Positions 40,105 to 55,489 are shown, counted from the first letter of the stretch. The stretch is DNA of 64,000 nt from Citrobacter telavivensis (GCA_009363175.1 CP045205.1:856549-920548), one strand, 5' to 3'. The notes: generated from the letters alone by a model not told the origin. Numbers and translations are program-made.

Positions 40105-42200
40105 TGAAAAAAACACATCTGCTTAGCTTACTGGCGCTGGGCATCAGCGCAGCGTGCCATGCCGAAACGTATCCGGCACCGATTGGGCCCTCCCAGTCGG
40201 ATTTTGGCGGCGTGGGATTATTACAGACCCCAACCGCGCGCATGGCGCGTGAAGGGGAGTTGAGTCTCAACTATCGCGATAACGATCAGTACCGTTATTA
40301 CTCCGCGTCCGTGCAGCTTTTCCCCTGGCTGGAAACCACACTGCGCTACACCGACGTGCGGACCAAACCGTACAGTAGCGTCGAGTCGTTCTCGGGCAAT
40401 CAGACCTACAAAGATAAGGCGTTCGACCTGAAGTTGCGGCTGTGGGAAGAGAGCTACTGGACACCGCAGGTGTCGGTCGGCGCGCGGGATATCGGTGGGA
40501 CCGGTCTGTTCGATGCGGAATACATCGTGGCGAATAAAGCCTGGGGACCGTTTGATTTCTCGCTTGGCCTCGGCTGGGGTTATCTGGGGACCAGCGGCAA
40601 CGTCAGCAATCCGCTCTGTTCGTACAGCGATAAATATTGCTACCGCGATAACAGCTATAAACAGGCCGGCTCTATTGACGGCAGTCAGATGTTTCACGGT
40701 CCGGCGTCGCTGTTTGGCGGTGTTGAGTACCAGACGCCGTGGCAACCGCTGCGACTGAAGCTGGAATATGAGGGCAACAACTACCAGCAGGACTTCGCGG
40801 GCAAGCTGGAACAAAAAAGCAAGTTTAACGTCGGTGCCATTTACCGCGTCACCGATTGGGCCGACGTTAACCTCAGCTACGAACGCGGTAACACCTTTAT
40901 GTTTGGGGTGACGCTGCGGACCAATTTCAACGATTTGCGGCCGTCGTATAACGATAACGCGCGGCCGAAATATCAGCCGGAGCCGCAGGACCCGATCCTG
41001 CAACACTCGGTGGTAGCGAACCAACTGACGCTGCTGAAATACAACGCCGGACTGGCGGATCCGCAGATTCAGGTGAAGGGCGACACGCTGTACGTGACGG
41101 GCGAGCAGGTGAAATACCGCGACTCGCGTGAAGGGATCGAACGAGCGAATCGGATCGTCATGAACGATCTCCCGGAGGGGATCCGCACGATCCGCGTGAC
41201 GGAAAATCGCCTCAATCTGCCGCAGGTGACCACCGAAACGGACGTCAGCAGCCTGAAACGCCATCTGGAAGGCGAACCGCTGGGACAGGAAACGCCGCTG
41301 GCGCAAAAACGCCTTGAGCCGATAGTGCCGGAAAGTACCGAACAGGGCTGGTATATCGATAAATCGCGCTTTGACTTCCATCTCGATCCGGTGCTGAACC
41401 AGTCCGTGGGGGGGCCGGAAAACTTCTACATGTACCAGTTGGGCGTGATGGCGACGGCGGATCTGTGGGTCACCGACCACCTGCTGACCACCGGCAGCCT
41501 GTTTGGCAACCTTGCCAATAACTACGATAAATTTAACTACACCAACCCGCCGAACGATTCGAAGCTACCGCGCGTGCGTACCCGCGTGCGTGAATACGTA
41601 CAGAACGACGTTTACGTGAATAACCTGCAGGCCAACTACTTCCAGTACTTCGGTAATGGTTTCTATGGTCAGGTTTACGGCGGCTATCTTGAAACCATGT
41701 ACGGTGGGGCGGGAGCGGAAGTGTTGTACCGTCCGGTCGACAGCAACTGGGCGTTTGGCCTGGATGCCAACTACGTGAAGCAGCGTGACTGGCGCAGCGC
41801 ACAGGACATGATGAAATTCACCGACTACAGCGTGAAGACCGGACACTTGACGGCCTACTGGACGCCATCATTCGCCCAGGACGTGCTGGTGAAAGCGAGC
41901 GTCGGTCAGTATCTGGCGGGGGATAAAGGCGGCACGCTGGATATCTCTAAACGCTTCGACAGCGGCGTGGTGGTCGGTGGTTACGCCACTCTCACTAACG
42001 TCTCGCCGGATGAGTATGGCGAAGGGGATTTCACCAAAGGCGTCTACGTGTCGATTCCGCTGGATCTCTTCTCTACTGGTCCGACCCGCAGCCGTGCGGC
42101 AGTGGGCTGGACGCCGCTGACGCGTGATGGGGGTCAGCAGCTTGGACGTAAGTTCCAGCTGTATGACATGACCAGCGATAAAAGCGTGAATTTCCGCTAA
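40104..42200 (+). CDS. yjbH: YjbH, outer-membrane lipoprotein or beta-barrel of the yjbEFGH polysaccharide locus
   Basis: 698 aa, signal peptide [20 protein letters not shown]. Confidence 0.88.
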   Translation: MKKTHLLSLLALGISAACHAETYPAPIGPSQSDFGGVGLLQTPTARMAREGELSLNYRDNDQYRYYSASVQLFPWLETTLRYTDVRTKPYSSVESFSGNQTYKDKAFDLKLRLWEESYWTPQVSVGARDIGGTGLFDAEYIVANKAWGPFDFSLGLGWGYLGTSGNVSNPLCSYSDKYCYRDNSYKQAGSIDGSQMFHGPASLFGGVEYQTPWQPLRLKLEYEGNNYQQDFAGKLEQKSKFNVGAIYRVTDWADVNLSYERGNTFMFGVTLRTNFNDLRPSYNDNARPKYQPEPQDPILQHSVVANQLTLLKYNAGLADPQIQVKGDTLYVTGEQVKYRDSREGIERANRIVMNDLPEGIRTIRVTENRLNLPQVTTETDVSSLKRHLEGEPLGQETPLAQKRLEPIVPESTEQGWYIDKSRFDFHLDPVLNQSVGGPENFYMYQLGVMATADLWVTDHLLTTGSLFGNLANNYDKFNYTNPPNDSKLPRVRTRVREYVQNDVYVNNLQANYFQYFGNGFYGQVYGGYLETMYGGAGAEVLYRPVDSNWAFGLDANYVKQRDWRSAQDMMKFTDYSVKTGHLTAYWTPSFAQDVLVKASVGQYLAGDKGGTLDISKRFDSGVVVGGYATLTNVSPDEYGEGDFTKGVYVSIPLDLFSTGPTRSRAAVGWTPLTRDGGQQLGRKFQLYDMTSDKSVNFR

Positions 42201-42204
42201 GGTT

Positions 42205-42290
42205 GTTTTGCCGGATGGCGCTGCGCTTATCCGGCCTACATTCCCATAGGCCCGGTAAGCGAAGCGCCACCGGGCGATTCTTCTGGTTTG
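42205..42290. repeat. REP cluster after yjbH
   Basis: gccggatggcgctgcgcttatccggcctac ... Confidence 0.7.
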
Positions 42291-42373
42291 CACAAAATAT
42301 AAACAAAAAATATAGATCTCCGTCACATTTTTGCGTTATACAGGAACCTCACCACTGAGATCGAGGTGCTGTT

Positions 42374-42784
42374 ATGACGTCACTCTCTCGTCCGCGCGTG
42401 GAGTTTATCTCCACGATCCTACAGACCGTGTTGAACCTTGGGCTGCTGAGTCTGGGTATGATCCTGGTCGTATTCCTCGGTAAAGAGACGCTGCATCTGG
42501 CAGATGTGCTCTTCGCGCCTGAACAAGCCAGCAAGTATGAGCTGGTGGAAGGGCTGGTTGTCTACTTTCTCTATTTCGAATTTATCGCGCTGATTGTGAA
42601 GTACTTTCAGTCAGGCTTTCACTTTCCGCTGCGCTATTTCATCTATATCGGGATCACCGCGATCGTCCGGCTGATCATTGTCGATCACAAATCCCCTCTC
42701 GATGTGCTGATCTATTCGGCGGCGATCCTGCTACTGGTGATCACGCTCTGGATGTGTAATTCAAAACGCCTGAAGCGCGAGTAG
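42374..42784 (+). CDS. psiE: Phosphate-starvation-inducible protein PsiE
   Basis: [47 protein letters not shown]..., 136 aa. Confidence 0.92.
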   Translation: MTSLSRPRVEFISTILQTVLNLGLLSLGMILVVFLGKETLHLADVLFAPEQASKYELVEGLVVYFLYFEFIALIVKYFQSGFHFPLRYFIYIGITAIVRLIIVDHKSPLDVLIYSAAILLLVITLWMCNSKRLKRE

Positions 42785-42789
42785 GTCGG

Positions 42790-42890
42790 ATAAGGCAATG
42801 TGTGTCGTGGTTGCCTGATGGCGCTGCGCTTATCAGGCCTACAAACTGAAGCGCGAGTAGGCCGGATAAGGCAACGCCGCCATCCGGCAG
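42790..42890. repeat. REP/BIME cluster. It includes a ~30-bp direct repeat of the psiE 3' end.
   Basis: ctgaagcgcgagtaggtcggataaggcaa ... ctgaagcgcgagtaggccggataaggcaacgccgccatccggca. Confidence 0.7.
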
Positions 42891-42891
42891 A

Positions 42892-42920
42892 CAAAAAAAA
42901 AGGCGCTCCGTGGAGCGCCG
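42892..42920 (-). terminator. Rho-independent terminator for malG (minus strand)
   Basis: Hairpin ggcgctcc-gtgg-ggagcgcc preceded on the plus strand by A9, which is T9 on the minus strand. Confidence 0.75.
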
Positions 42921-42987
42921 AATTACAGTCACAAGTTGGATAAAACAAGTTGAGGGTGCAGTGGCATTACAGGGACTTCAATGAAAC

Positions 42988-43878
42988 TTAACCTTTGACT
43001 CCGCCCGCCGTCAGGCCGTTGACCAGCCAGCGCTGTGCCAGCAGGAAGACCAGGGTGATCGGGATCGCAGAAAGCACGGCCGCAGCGGCAAAATCGCCCC
43101 ACAGGTAGTTTTGCGGGTTGAGGTATTGCTGCATCCCGACGGCCAGGGTGTAGCTGTCCACATCACGTAGCAGCAGTGAGGCAACCGGCACTTCGGTAAT
43201 GGCGGCAATGAACGACAGAATAAAGACCACCGCCAGAATCGGCACCGACAGCGGCAACAGCACCAGGCGGAAAGCCTGCCACGGGGTTGCGCCATCCAGT
43301 GCGGCCGCTTCTTCAAGCGACCCGTCGATGGTTTCGAAATAGCCCTTGATGGTCCACACATGTAGAGCGATACCGCCGAGATAGGCGAAGATCACCCCAC
43401 CATGGGTGTTCAGACCAATGAACGGAATGTACTGGCCAAGGCGATCAAACAACGCGTACAACGCGACCAGCGACAGCACCGCCGGGAACATCTGGAAAAT
43501 CAGCATCCCTTTGAGCAGCGTGGCTTTACCCGGAAAACGCATACGGGCAAAGGCGTAGGCGCAGGTCGTTGACAGCGCCACGATGCCAATCGCGGTGATC
43601 CCGGCGATTTTCACCGAGTTCCACAGCCATAACAGAACCGGGAAGGGGGGCGGCGTGATGCGGCCATCAGCATGTTCAACGCTGAAGCCCAGCGCCAGCC
43701 GCCAGTGCTCCCAGGAGATGGTTTCCGGGATCAGGCTGCCGGTCGCAAAGTTACCTTCACGCAGGGAGATGGCGATAACCATCAGCAGCGGGAACATGAT
43801 GGCCGCGATAAAAATCAGGAGTAACAGGTGCGTCGTGAAGAGACGCAATTTTTGAGATTTCGGTTGTACCATAGCCAT
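42988..43878 (-). CDS. malG: Maltose ABC transporter permease MalG
   Basis: 296 aa. [40 protein letters not shown]... EAA loop present. Confidence 0.95.
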   Translation of the reverse strand: MAMVQPKSQKLRLFTTHLLLLIFIAAIMFPLLMVIAISLREGNFATGSLIPETISWEHWRLALGFSVEHADGRITPPPFPVLLWLWNSVKIAGITAIGIVALSTTCAYAFARMRFPGKATLLKGMLIFQMFPAVLSLVALYALFDRLGQYIPFIGLNTHGGVIFAYLGGIALHVWTIKGYFETIDGSLEEAAALDGATPWQAFRLVLLPLSVPILAVVFILSFIAAITEVPVASLLLRDVDSYTLAVGMQQYLNPQNYLWGDFAAAAVLSAIPITLVFLLAQRWLVNGLTAGGVKG

Positions 43879-43978
43879 AATTTTTTACTCCTTAACATCG
43901 CTCCAGGCTATTTCACTTGCCATTCTGAACGCTGGCAGCATCCAGACTGGCTGCGCCAATTACGCCTGGTGATTCTGA

Positions 43979-45523
43979 TTAATCAAACTTCATGCGTGTG
44001 GCTTTCAGGTTCACGATGGCAAGCGCACCGACCAGCAGGAAGATCAGCGTGGCGATTGCCGCCGCCAGGCCGAAGTCCTGTCCGCCGCCGCCTTCAAAGG
44101 CGATGCGGTAGGTGTAGCTTACTAACAGGTCGGTATACCCGGCTGGCGTGGTCGTTCCGAGACGATCCGGACCGCCGTTGGTCAACAGTTGAATCAGCAC
44201 GAAGTTGTTAAAGTTAAAGGCAAAGCTGGCGATCATCAGCGGCGTCAGCGGCTTAATCAACAGCGGGAGCGTAATCTTAAAGAAGTTCTGGAACGGGCCC
44301 GCGCCATCCATTGCCGACGCCTCGTACAGGTCGTCCGGAATCGCTTTCAGCAGACCCATGCACAGGATCATCATGTACGGGTAGCCCAGCCAGGTATTGA
44401 CGATAATAATCATCGAACGCGCGGTGGTCGGGTCGCTAAACCATGCCGGCTTGATGCCAAACAGCGCGCTTAGCATCATGTTGATTTCACCAAAGCTCTG
44501 GTTGAACAGGCCTTTGAAAATCAGAATCGAGATAAACGACGGTACGGCGTACGGCAGAATCAGCAGGACACGGTAAATCGCTTTACCTTTCAGCGACTCC
44601 CACTGAACGAGACACGCCAGCACCATCCCGACCGCCACGGTCAGGATGACGGTGAGTACCGAGAACACCACGGTCCAGACGAAGATGGCGAAGAACGGCT
44701 TCTGGATCCCTTCGTCAGTGAAGACGCGGGTAAAGTTATCCCAGCCGATGGTCACGGTGTAGCCCGGACTGAGCTTTTCGTCACCCCAGTTACCGTCCGC
44801 ATTGATGGACTGGTAGTAGCCAATGTCGTTATTGGGACGGTATTTCACGCCGCTCTGGTTGTTGGTCAACATGCCGTCATCGGCGAGCGCGTACAGCGGC
44901 TGCGTGCCGGAGAACTGGCGCAGCGAGCTCATGATCACTTTGCTGTCATCGGGCAGCACGGCGGTAATCTGGTTCAGCGCCTGGCGATTCTGGGTGATGA
45001 TGCGCAGCGTCGCGCGCTCACCCTCTGGCAGGGCGTCCGTTTCTTTCAGCGCCAGCTTTTGTTCGCCGCCAAATTTAAAGGCGTCGGAGAGGTAATTCTT
45101 ACCGGTTTCGCCGTCGGTGAGGGCCAGTTGCCACTCTTCACCTGCCGGATAGAGCCCGAAGTTATAGGATTTACCCGCCTGATAAGAGCGGTCCATCAGC
45201 ACCTGTTGGGCGCGTTCGAAAGTGAGCTGGTTGGTGCTGCTGTAGTTGGTAAAAGCGATGGCGATGGTGCAAATCAGCGGAAACAGAACGAACAGTCCCA
45301 TGCCCGCCATGCCAGGATAAACGTAACGCCAGGCGTAGGCCTTACGGTTAGCGAAAATGTACAGGCCAGCAGAGCTTAAAATCAGCGTCATGATGGCGAA
45401 CAGATATTCCCCTTGTGCATACATTAAAACGACAAGGTAACCCACCAGCAGGCCCAGCAATCCGATCGCGGACCACTTCAGCATGTCGCTCTGCCACCAG
45501 TGACTCTTTTTAACGGCATCCAT
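43979..45523 (-). CDS. malF: Maltose ABC transporter permease MalF
   Basis: 514 aa. MDAVKKSHWWQSDMLKWSAIGLLGLLVGYLVVLMYAQGEYLFAI... Confidence 0.95.
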   Translation of the reverse strand: MDAVKKSHWWQSDMLKWSAIGLLGLLVGYLVVLMYAQGEYLFAIMTLILSSAGLYIFANRKAYAWRYVYPGMAGMGLFVLFPLICTIAIAFTNYSSTNQLTFERAQQVLMDRSYQAGKSYNFGLYPAGEEWQLALTDGETGKNYLSDAFKFGGEQKLALKETDALPEGERATLRIITQNRQALNQITAVLPDDSKVIMSSLRQFSGTQPLYALADDGMLTNNQSGVKYRPNNDIGYYQSINADGNWGDEKLSPGYTVTIGWDNFTRVFTDEGIQKPFFAIFVWTVVFSVLTVILTVAVGMVLACLVQWESLKGKAIYRVLLILPYAVPSFISILIFKGLFNQSFGEINMMLSALFGIKPAWFSDPTTARSMIIIVNTWLGYPYMMILCMGLLKAIPDDLYEASAMDGAGPFQNFFKITLPLLIKPLTPLMIASFAFNFNNFVLIQLLTNGGPDRLGTTTPAGYTDLLVSYTYRIAFEGGGGQDFGLAAAIATLIFLLVGALAIVNLKATRMKFD

Positions 45524-45547
45524 GGGGATCTTCCTCTACAACGGTGA

Positions 45548-45648
45548 AATCTTGTCGTAAATGTGCCAGATGGCGGCATAAATGCCTTATCCGGCCTACA
45601 GACGTTTGTAGGCCTGATAAGCGCAGCGCCATCAGGCACATCGACAGC
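45548..45648. repeat. REP pair in the malE-malF intergenic region
   Basis: gccttatccggcctacagacgtttgtaggcctgataagcgcagcgccatcaggc. A REP pair is classically found at this site. Confidence 0.8.
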
Positions 45649-45649
45649 A

Positions 45650-47208
<1,559 letters not shown>

Positions 47209-48318
47209 ATGGCGAGCGTACAGCTGCGAAATGTAACGAAAGCCTGGGGTGACGTGGTGGTATCGAAAGATATCAATCTCGACATTCACGAAGGGGAATT
47301 CGTGGTGTTTGTTGGACCGTCAGGCTGCGGCAAATCGACCCTGCTCCGTATGATTGCCGGACTTGAAACGATTACCAGCGGGGACCTCTATATTGGGGAT
47401 ACCCGCATGAACGATATCCCACCCGCGGAACGTGGCGTCGGTATGGTCTTCCAGTCCTACGCGCTCTATCCCCATTTATCCGTTGCCGAAAATATGTCGT
47501 TTGGCCTGAAACTGGCGGGCGCGAAAAAAGAGGTGATGAATCAGCGTGTTAACCAGGTTGCGGAAGTGCTGCAACTGGCGCACCTGCTGGAGCGTAAACC
47601 GAAAGCCCTCTCGGGGGGGCAGCGCCAGCGCGTGGCGATTGGCCGTACGCTGGTGGCGGAACCGCGCGTGTTCCTGCTCGATGAACCTCTCTCTAACCTC
47701 GATGCCGCGCTACGTGTGCAGATGCGCATCGAGATCTCCCGTCTGCATAAGCGCCTTGGGCGCACGATGATCTACGTTACCCACGATCAGGTCGAAGCGA
47801 TGACGCTGGCCGACAAAATCGTGGTGCTGGACGCCGGTCGCGTCGCGCAGATCGGTAAACCGCTGGAACTGTATCACTACCCGGCAGACCGCTTCGTCGC
47901 GGGCTTTATTGGTTCGCCGAAGATGAACTTCCTGCCGGTGAAAGTTACCGCGACGGCCATCGACCAGGTCCAGGTTGAACTACCGAACCGTCAGCACGTC
48001 TGGCTGCCGGTCGACAGCCGTGATGTGCAGGTGGGCGTAAACATGTCGTTAGGTATCCGTCCTGAACACCTGTTACCCAGTGATATCGCCGATGTCACGC
48101 TGGAAGGCGAGGTTCAGGTCGTCGAACAGCTTGGTCACGAAACACAGATTCATATCCAGATCCCCGCCATTCGTCAAAACCTGGTGTACCGCCAGAACGA
48201 CGTGGTGTTGGTAGAAGAGGGCGCCACATTCGCTATTGGCCTGCCGCCAGAGCGTTGTCATCTGTTCCGTGAAGATGGCACTGCATGTCGTCGGTTGCAT
48301 AAAGAGCCAGGCGTTTAA
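47209..48318 (+). CDS. malK: Maltose ABC transporter ATPase MalK
   Basis: [53 protein letters not shown]..., 369 aa. Confidence 0.96.
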   Translation: MASVQLRNVTKAWGDVVVSKDINLDIHEGEFVVFVGPSGCGKSTLLRMIAGLETITSGDLYIGDTRMNDIPPAERGVGMVFQSYALYPHLSVAENMSFGLKLAGAKKEVMNQRVNQVAEVLQLAHLLERKPKALSGGQRQRVAIGRTLVAEPRVFLLDEPLSNLDAALRVQMRIEISRLHKRLGRTMIYVTHDQVEAMTLADKIVVLDAGRVAQIGKPLELYHYPADRFVAGFIGSPKMNFLPVKVTATAIDQVQVELPNRQHVWLPVDSRDVQVGVNMSLGIRPEHLLPSDIADVTLEGEVQVVEQLGHETQIHIQIPAIRQNLVYRQNDVVLVEEGATFAIGLPPERCHLFREDGTACRRLHKEPGV

Positions 48319-48356
48319 GGTGTCCCATTAAAAAAAAGCGCAAAGCCCTACGGTGA

Positions 48357-49694
<1,338 letters not shown>

Positions 49695-49739
49695 TCCAGC
49701 ACTAACCTGACGTAACGAGGGGCGAAAGCCCCTCCCAAA

Positions 49740-49835
49740 CTGCTGCAATGCCCGATGGCGCAAGCTTATCCGGCCTACGGCACCAGTTTGTAGGCCGGAT
49801 AAGGCGTCCGCCGCCATCCGGCATCATCTGGTTTA
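49740..49835. repeat. REP cluster after lamB
   Basis: gcccgatggcgcaagcttatccggcctacggcaccagtttgtaggccggataaggcgtccgccgccatccggca. Confidence 0.75.
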
Positions 49836-49886
49836 GCGCGCTATTGCCTGGCCACCGCTGAACCCACGCTTTCTGAGGTGATAACA

Positions 49887-50831
49887 ATGAAAATGAAGAA
49901 AAGTCTCGTCGCCCTTTGTTTATCCGCAGGGTTATTTGCCAGTGCGCCGGGCATCAGCCTGGCTGACGTTAACTATGTGCCGCAAAATACCAGCGCTGCG
50001 CCGACGATTCCGACGACTGCGCTCCAGCAGTTAACCTGGACGCCGGTTGACCAGTCCAACACGCAAACGACGCAGCTTTCGACTGGCGGTCAGCGTCTTG
50101 ACGTGGCTGGCATTTCCGGTCCGGTTGCCGCGTACAGCGTACCGGCGAACATTGGGGAGTTAAACATCACGCTCTCCAGCGAAGTGAACAAACAGACCAG
50201 CGTATTTGCGCCCAACGTCCTGATTCTTGATCAGAACATGACGCCTTCTGCGTTCTTCCCGAGCAGCTATTTCACCTACCAGGAGCCCGGCGTGATGAGC
50301 GCGGATCGCCTGGAAGGGGTTATGCGCCTGACGCCAGCACTGGGCCAGCAGAAACTTTATGTTCTGGTCTTTACGACCGAGAAAGATCTCCAGCAGACCA
50401 CCAAACTGCTCGACCCGGCGAAAGCCTATGCCAAAGGGGTGGGTAACTCTGTTCCGGATATTCCGGATCCGATTGCCCGTCATACCACCGACGGCCTGCT
50501 GAAGCTGAAAGTGAAAACCAACAGCAGCTCCAGCGTGCTGGTGGGGCCACTGTTTGGTTCTTCCGGCCCAGGTCCGGTGACGGTGGGGAATACTGCCGCC
50601 CCTGCGCCGACCTATGCTGCACCTGTTGCCGCGCCGGTGGTGACTCCTGCACCTGCGAAGAAAAGCGAGCCGATGTTGAATGACACCGAAAGCTACTTTA
50701 ACAAAGCGATTAAAGACGCCGTTGCCAAAGGCGACGTTGATAAAGCGCTGAAACTGCTTGATGAAGCTGAACGTCTGGGATCGACATCTGCCCGTTCCAC
50801 CTTTATCAGCAGTGTAAAAGGCAAGGGGTAA
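49887..50831 (+). CDS. malM: Periplasmic MalM
   Basis: MKMKKSLVALCLSAGLFASAPGISLADVNYVPQNTSAAP... Confidence 0.9.
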   Translation: MKMKKSLVALCLSAGLFASAPGISLADVNYVPQNTSAAPTIPTTALQQLTWTPVDQSNTQTTQLSTGGQRLDVAGISGPVAAYSVPANIGELNITLSSEVNKQTSVFAPNVLILDQNMTPSAFFPSSYFTYQEPGVMSADRLEGVMRLTPALGQQKLYVLVFTTEKDLQQTTKLLDPAKAYAKGVGNSVPDIPDPIARHTTDGLLKLKVKTNSSSSVLVGPLFGSSGPGPVTVGNTAAPAPTYAAPVAAPVVTPAPAKKSEPMLNDTESYFNKAIKDAVAKGDVDKALKLLDEAERLGSTSARSTFISSVKGKG

Positions 50832-50863
50832 TGTTCTCCCCACATTGCTGATTTGCAACAACT

Positions 50864-50891
50864 GGTGCGTCATCTGGCGCACCTTTTTTTT
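50864..50891 (+). terminator. Rho-independent terminator of the malK-lamB-malM operon
   Basis: ggtgcg-tcatctgg-cgcacc followed by TTTTTTTT. Confidence 0.75.
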
Positions 50892-51011
50892 AGCATTTCC
50901 TGCGACTTGTTACGCTTCTGTTGCGCAACAGATCACTTAATTATGTTTCCATCTCCCGTAAGCTCTTTTCTGCGATACAATGCCTTTCAGTTATGAAACG
51001 GAGAGTCAGGC

Positions 51012-51509
51012 ATGTCACACCCCGCGTTAACGCAACTGCGTGCGCTGCGCTATTTTGAAGAGATCCCCGCCCTGGACCCAGAACAGCTCGACTGGCTGCT
51101 ACTGGAAGATTCCATGACAAAACGTTTTGAGCAGCAGGGAAAACGGGTCACTGTGACACTGATCAGGGAAGGATTTGTGGGTCAACATGAGGTGGTGGAA
51201 GAGCTAACCCGACTGCCAAAAGAAACCCGCTACTGGCTGCGTGAAATCCTGTTATGTGCCGATGATGAACCCTGGCTGGCCGGACGCACCGTGGTGCCCG
51301 AATCCACGCTGTCTGGCCCTGAGCTGGCCCTACAAAATTTGGGCAAGACCCCGCTGGGGCGTTATCTGTTTACATCATCGACGTTGACCCGAGATTTTAT
51401 TGAAATTGGTTGTGATGTCGGGCTGTGGGGACGCCGTTCCCGACTGCGACTGAGCGGTAAGCCGCTGATGTTGACCGAACTGTTTTTACCCGCATCACCG
51501 TTGTACTAA
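51012..51509 (+). CDS. ubiC: Chorismate pyruvate-lyase UbiC
   Basis: [44 protein letters not shown]..., 165 aa. Confidence 0.93.
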   Translation: MSHPALTQLRALRYFEEIPALDPEQLDWLLLEDSMTKRFEQQGKRVTVTLIREGFVGQHEVVEELTRLPKETRYWLREILLCADDEPWLAGRTVVPESTLSGPELALQNLGKTPLGRYLFTSSTLTRDFIEIGCDVGLWGRRSRLRLSGKPLMLTELFLPASPLY

Positions 51510-51521
51510 GAGGAAAATAAA

Positions 51522-52394
51522 ATGGAGTGGAGTCTGACGCAGAATAAGCTGCTGGCGTTTCACCGCTTGATGCGTACGGATAAGCCCATCGGCGCCTTAC
51601 TGCTGCTCTGGCCGACGCTGTGGGCGCTGTGGGTGGCGACCCCTGGAGTCCCTCAATTGTGGATCCTAGCGGTGTTTGTCGCCGGGGTCTGGCTGATGCG
51701 TGCCGCCGGATGTGTGGTTAATGACTATGCCGATCGGAAATTCGACGGGCATGTTAAACGCACGGCGAACCGCCCGTTGCCCAGCGGCGCGGTGACGGAG
51801 AAAGAGGCCCGGACGCTGTTTGTCGTGCTGGTGGTGCTCTCGTTTCTACTGGTGCTGACGCTCAATACCATGACCATTCTGCTGTCAATTGCGGCGCTGG
51901 CGCTGGCGTGGGTCTATCCGTTTATGAAGCGCTACACCCATCTACCGCAGGTGGTGCTGGGGGCGGCGTTTGGCTGGTCGATTCCGATGGCCTTCGCGGC
52001 GGTGAGTGAATCGGTACCGTTGAGCTGCTGGCTGATGTTCCTGGCCAACATTCTGTGGGCGGTGGCCTACGACACGCAGTACGCGATGGTTGACCGCGAT
52101 GACGATCTGAAAATCGGCATCAAATCGACCGCCATTCTGTTTGGCGAGCATGACAAGCTGATCATCGGTATCTTGCAGGTGGCGGTGTTGGCGCTGATGG
52201 CGCTGATTGGTTGGCTGAACGGCCTGGGGCTGGGCTATTACTGGTCTGTACTGGTCGCTGGCGCGCTGTTTGTCTGGCAGCAGAAGCTGATTGCCAACCG
52301 CGAACGTGAAGCGTGCTTCAAAGCGTTCATGAACAATAACTACGTGGGACTGGTACTCTTTATCGGTCTGGCGATGAGTTACTGGCACTTATAA
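51522..52394 (+). CDS. ubiA: 4-hydroxybenzoate octaprenyltransferase UbiA
   Basis: 290 aa, membrane; [10 protein letters not shown] prenyltransferase motif. Confidence 0.95.
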   Translation: MEWSLTQNKLLAFHRLMRTDKPIGALLLLWPTLWALWVATPGVPQLWILAVFVAGVWLMRAAGCVVNDYADRKFDGHVKRTANRPLPSGAVTEKEARTLFVVLVVLSFLLVLTLNTMTILLSIAALALAWVYPFMKRYTHLPQVVLGAAFGWSIPMAFAAVSESVPLSCWLMFLANILWAVAYDTQYAMVDRDDDLKIGIKSTAILFGEHDKLIIGILQVAVLALMALIGWLNGLGLGYYWSVLVAGALFVWQQKLIANREREACFKAFMNNNYVGLVLFIGLAMSYWHL

Positions 52395-52399
52395 AGCAT

Positions 52400-52482
52400 C
52401 TTGTCCGATGGCGCTGCGCTTATCGGGCCTACCAAACGGTAAGCTGATGTAGGCCGGATCAGGCGGAACGCCGCCATCCGGC
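52400..52482. repeat. REP cluster between ubiA and plsB
   Basis: gtccgatggcgctgcgcttatcgggcctac ... gtaggccggatcaggcggaacgccgccatccggca. Confidence 0.75.
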
Positions 52483-52489
52483 AATCTGA

Positions 52490-52525
52490 CATAAAAAAAG
52501 CCGGTCATCTCGACCGGCTTTTCTA
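52490..52525. terminator. Bidirectional rho-independent terminator (ubiA on plus, plsB on minus)
   Basis: aaaaaaagccggtc-atct-cgaccggcttttc. Confidence 0.75.
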
Positions 52526-52529
52526 TGTA

Positions 52530-54950
52530 TTACTCGCCTTGTGTTGCGCTCTCAATCGTCAGGCGCACATCCGACGTGATGAGCTCCGCCAGCATCTGAT
52601 ACACCTTCATCGTTTCGCCCGGTTCCGCATCGCCGGTATCGCTGATGTAACCCTCGTCACGCAGGGTCAGCACCAGTGAGCTGAACACCGCCTTGTCGAA
52701 GAATTCCGGTGCGTTGATACCGTGCAGCACGGACAAACGCTGCGCCACGGTGCGGCTTTCTTTCTCCAGCGTCCCGCGGTTGATAGACGGGTTGGCGCTC
52801 AGCAGCCAGAAGGTGATGGCATAGCGTTGCAGCGTTTCGCGCGCGCCCGCCGCCAGCAGTTGCAGCGTGCGGGAGTGGGCCGGGTTGATATGCAGCTCGT
52901 CGTCCTGAACGGTAATCAGCCCCTGACGCTGCATTTCAGCCGTCAGCGCGTCAATCACGCCTGCCAGTTCATCACGCTCCCAGCGCAGGAACAGCTCGGC
53001 TTTCAGCATCGGGTAGAGCACGTCAACGTGTTGCAGCAGCGCTTCGCGGGAAATATGACGATGCTGGGTGACGATCGCCGCCATCAGTGAAGGCAACACC
53101 AGCATATGCGCGATGTTATTGCGATAGTAGGTCATCAGCACCGCCTGCTCGCGCGGCAGAATGATGATATCGCCAATGGTATCCTTCTCGACTTCGAACT
53201 TGTTCATCTGCAACGCGTGATCGATAAGATCGCCGGCGCTGACAGATGGCACGGTCGAATCAGAGGAATACGGCACATTGCGCATCAGATCCAGATAACA
53301 GTTGAGCTGCTCGGTCAGTTGCTCGCGGGTCAGCGAACGCTGACGAGAAGCTAACAGCGCGGTGCAGCACAGGTTCATGGCGTTTGCCGCACCCGCGTTG
53401 TTAATACGCACCATCAGCTCTGCCGCAATCCCGTTCACCGTTGGCGTCAGCCAGGCCGGACGCACGGCTTCGATAGGATCGATAGACTCGCGCCACTCCG
53501 GCACGTGGTGATTCAGGTACGTCATCAACGGCATCGGCTCGCCAAAGTTCACGTAGCCCTGACCGAGATTACGCAGCTTGCTCAAGCCACGCAGCATCTG
53601 CGGCAGACTCTCTTTCTCTTTGGTTGCCCCGCGCAGCTCTTTGGCATAGGTTCCCACTTCCATCACGTGTTCGTAACCGATGTAAATCGGCACCAGGGTG
53701 ATCGGACGGGTGCCACCGCGCAGCATCGCCTGGATAGTCATCGACAGCGTGCCGGTTTTCGGATCCAGCAGACGACCGGTACGGGAACGACCGCCTTCGA
53801 CAAAGTATTCAACCGAGTAGCCGCGGCTGAACAGTTCGCCCAGATACTCACGGAAGACGGTGGAATAGAGCTTATTGCCCTTAAAGGTACGACGAATAAA
53901 GAACGCGCCCAGGCGGCGGAAGATCGGGCCTGCCGGCCAGAAGTTCAGGTTGATACCCGCGGCAATATGCGGCGGCACCAGCCCCTGGTGATAGAGCACG
54001 TATGAGAGCAACAGATAGTCCATGTGGCTGCGGTGGCAGGGAACATAGACAATTTCGTGCCCGTCGTGCGCCAGCTGGCGCACGCGCTCAGCGTTGTGAA
54101 CGTTAATCCCCTGATAGAGCCGATTCCAGGTGAAGCCCAGGATACGGTCAGTCAGGCGAATCATCTCGTATGAGAAGTTGGCGGCGATCTCTTCCATCAG
54201 CGCAATCGCGTTTTGCTGCGCCTTTTCATGGGAGATTTTCTTGCTGCGCGCTTCATCTTCTACCGCGCGGGCAATCGCTTTGGACGCCAGTAGCTTGTTG
54301 AAGAGATCCTGACGTGCAGGCAGACGTGGCCCCACGGCAGCCAGTCGCTGACGGGCAAAGTGCATACGCGCCACGCGTGCCAGTTTCTGCGCAATGATTT
54401 TATCCGTGCCGTGCTCATCGGCCATGCGGCGCAGGGAGACGGAAGGAGAGAAACGGACAAAGCTGTCGCGACCCAGCCAGGAGACGGCAAAGAATTTCTG
54501 GATGCCGTTAAGCATACGCAGCGGCGGGTTAACCTCACCCTTCTCGCGACCCGGTGAGCGTCCAAACATCACCGACACCGGCACCATTTGCACATCCAGA
54601 TCCGGATTGCTGCGATGCAGGTCGAGATAGTTATGGAACAGCTTAATGGACTCTTCTTTCGGCGTGTAATAGGTGAACACCCGCGGTCCGCCGTGAATGA
54701 ACACATAGCGCGGCAACTGCGTACCATCGATCTCCAGCGGCTCTAATGGGTCGGGGAGATCGTGCGCCAGGCATTGCGCGCGCAGCGTCAGCAAGTCCGC
54801 TTTGGAGTTGTACGGTAAAACGTACATAATTGGACGAGAGGTATCGAGTCCTAACTCCGGGGCAGGATCTGCCGGAATAGACTTGCTTTTTACCAGTACG
54901 CTTAATGGTAAATTCAGGATTTTGTAGTAAATTCGTGGCCAGCCGGACAT
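52530..54950 (-). CDS. plsB: Glycerol-3-phosphate acyltransferase PlsB
   Basis: 806 aa; begins [46 protein letters not shown] acyltransferase motif (CHRSHMD). Confidence 0.96.
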   Translation of the reverse strand: MSGWPRIYYKILNLPLSVLVKSKSIPADPAPELGLDTSRPIMYVLPYNSKADLLTLRAQCLAHDLPDPLEPLEIDGTQLPRYVFIHGGPRVFTYYTPKEESIKLFHNYLDLHRSNPDLDVQMVPVSVMFGRSPGREKGEVNPPLRMLNGIQKFFAVSWLGRDSFVRFSPSVSLRRMADEHGTDKIIAQKLARVARMHFARQRLAAVGPRLPARQDLFNKLLASKAIARAVEDEARSKKISHEKAQQNAIALMEEIAANFSYEMIRLTDRILGFTWNRLYQGINVHNAERVRQLAHDGHEIVYVPCHRSHMDYLLLSYVLYHQGLVPPHIAAGINLNFWPAGPIFRRLGAFFIRRTFKGNKLYSTVFREYLGELFSRGYSVEYFVEGGRSRTGRLLDPKTGTLSMTIQAMLRGGTRPITLVPIYIGYEHVMEVGTYAKELRGATKEKESLPQMLRGLSKLRNLGQGYVNFGEPMPLMTYLNHHVPEWRESIDPIEAVRPAWLTPTVNGIAAELMVRINNAGAANAMNLCCTALLASRQRSLTREQLTEQLNCYLDLMRNVPYSSDSTVPSVSAGDLIDHALQMNKFEVEKDTIGDIIILPREQAVLMTYYRNNIAHMLVLPSLMAAIVTQHRHISREALLQHVDVLYPMLKAELFLRWERDELAGVIDALTAEMQRQGLITVQDDELHINPAHSRTLQLLAAGARETLQRYAITFWLLSANPSINRGTLEKESRTVAQRLSVLHGINAPEFFDKAVFSSLVLTLRDEGYISDTGDAEPGETMKVYQMLAELITSDVRLTIESATQGE

Positions 54951-55120
54951 AAACGATGTAAAGCCTCTGGTTAATAATGCAATTGCGTTGCAAGGATATC
55001 AGAAAGTCATGTGAATTTCTGGTGTATCCCGTCATACTTCGCGCCGCGTTGCCTTAACTCGAATCACATGAGTTAACAAGACAATGTCATTGACGCCAAT
55101 AATGCAAAAAGGTTCTTTTA

Positions 55121-55489
55121 ATGGCTAATAATACCACTGGATTCACCCGAATTATCAAAGCCGCAGGCTATTCCTGGAAAGGTTTTCGCGCCGCGTGGAT
55201 TAACGAGGCCGCGTTCCGTCAGGAGAGCGTGGCGGTTCTGCTGGCCGTGGCTATCGCCTGTTGGCTGGATGTGGATGCCATTACGCGCGTGCTGTTGATT
55301 GGCTCCGTCATGCTGGTCATGATTGTTGAAATCCTGAACAGCGCCATCGAGGCCGTGGTGGACCGTATTGGTTCTGACTATCACGAACTCTCTGGTCGCG
55401 CAAAAGATATGGGCTCGGCGGCGGTGCTGCTCTCTATCATTGTGGCGCTGATCACCTGGGGCATCCTGCTGTGGACACATTTTCGCTAA
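55121..55489 (+). CDS. dgkA: Diacylglycerol kinase DgkA
   Basis: MANNTTGFTRIIKAAGYSWKGFRAAWINEAAFRQE..., 122 aa. Confidence 0.95.
   Translation: MANNTTGFTRIIKAAGYSWKGFRAAWINEAAFRQESVAVLLAVAIACWLDVDAITRVLLIGSVMLVMIVEILNSAIEAVVDRIGSDYHELSGRAKDMGSAAVLLSIIVALITWGILLWTHFR

Noticed and set aside
40221-41480. 419-aa minus-strand ORF inside yjbH
   Set aside because: It is antisense to yjbH with an Arg-rich biased composition.
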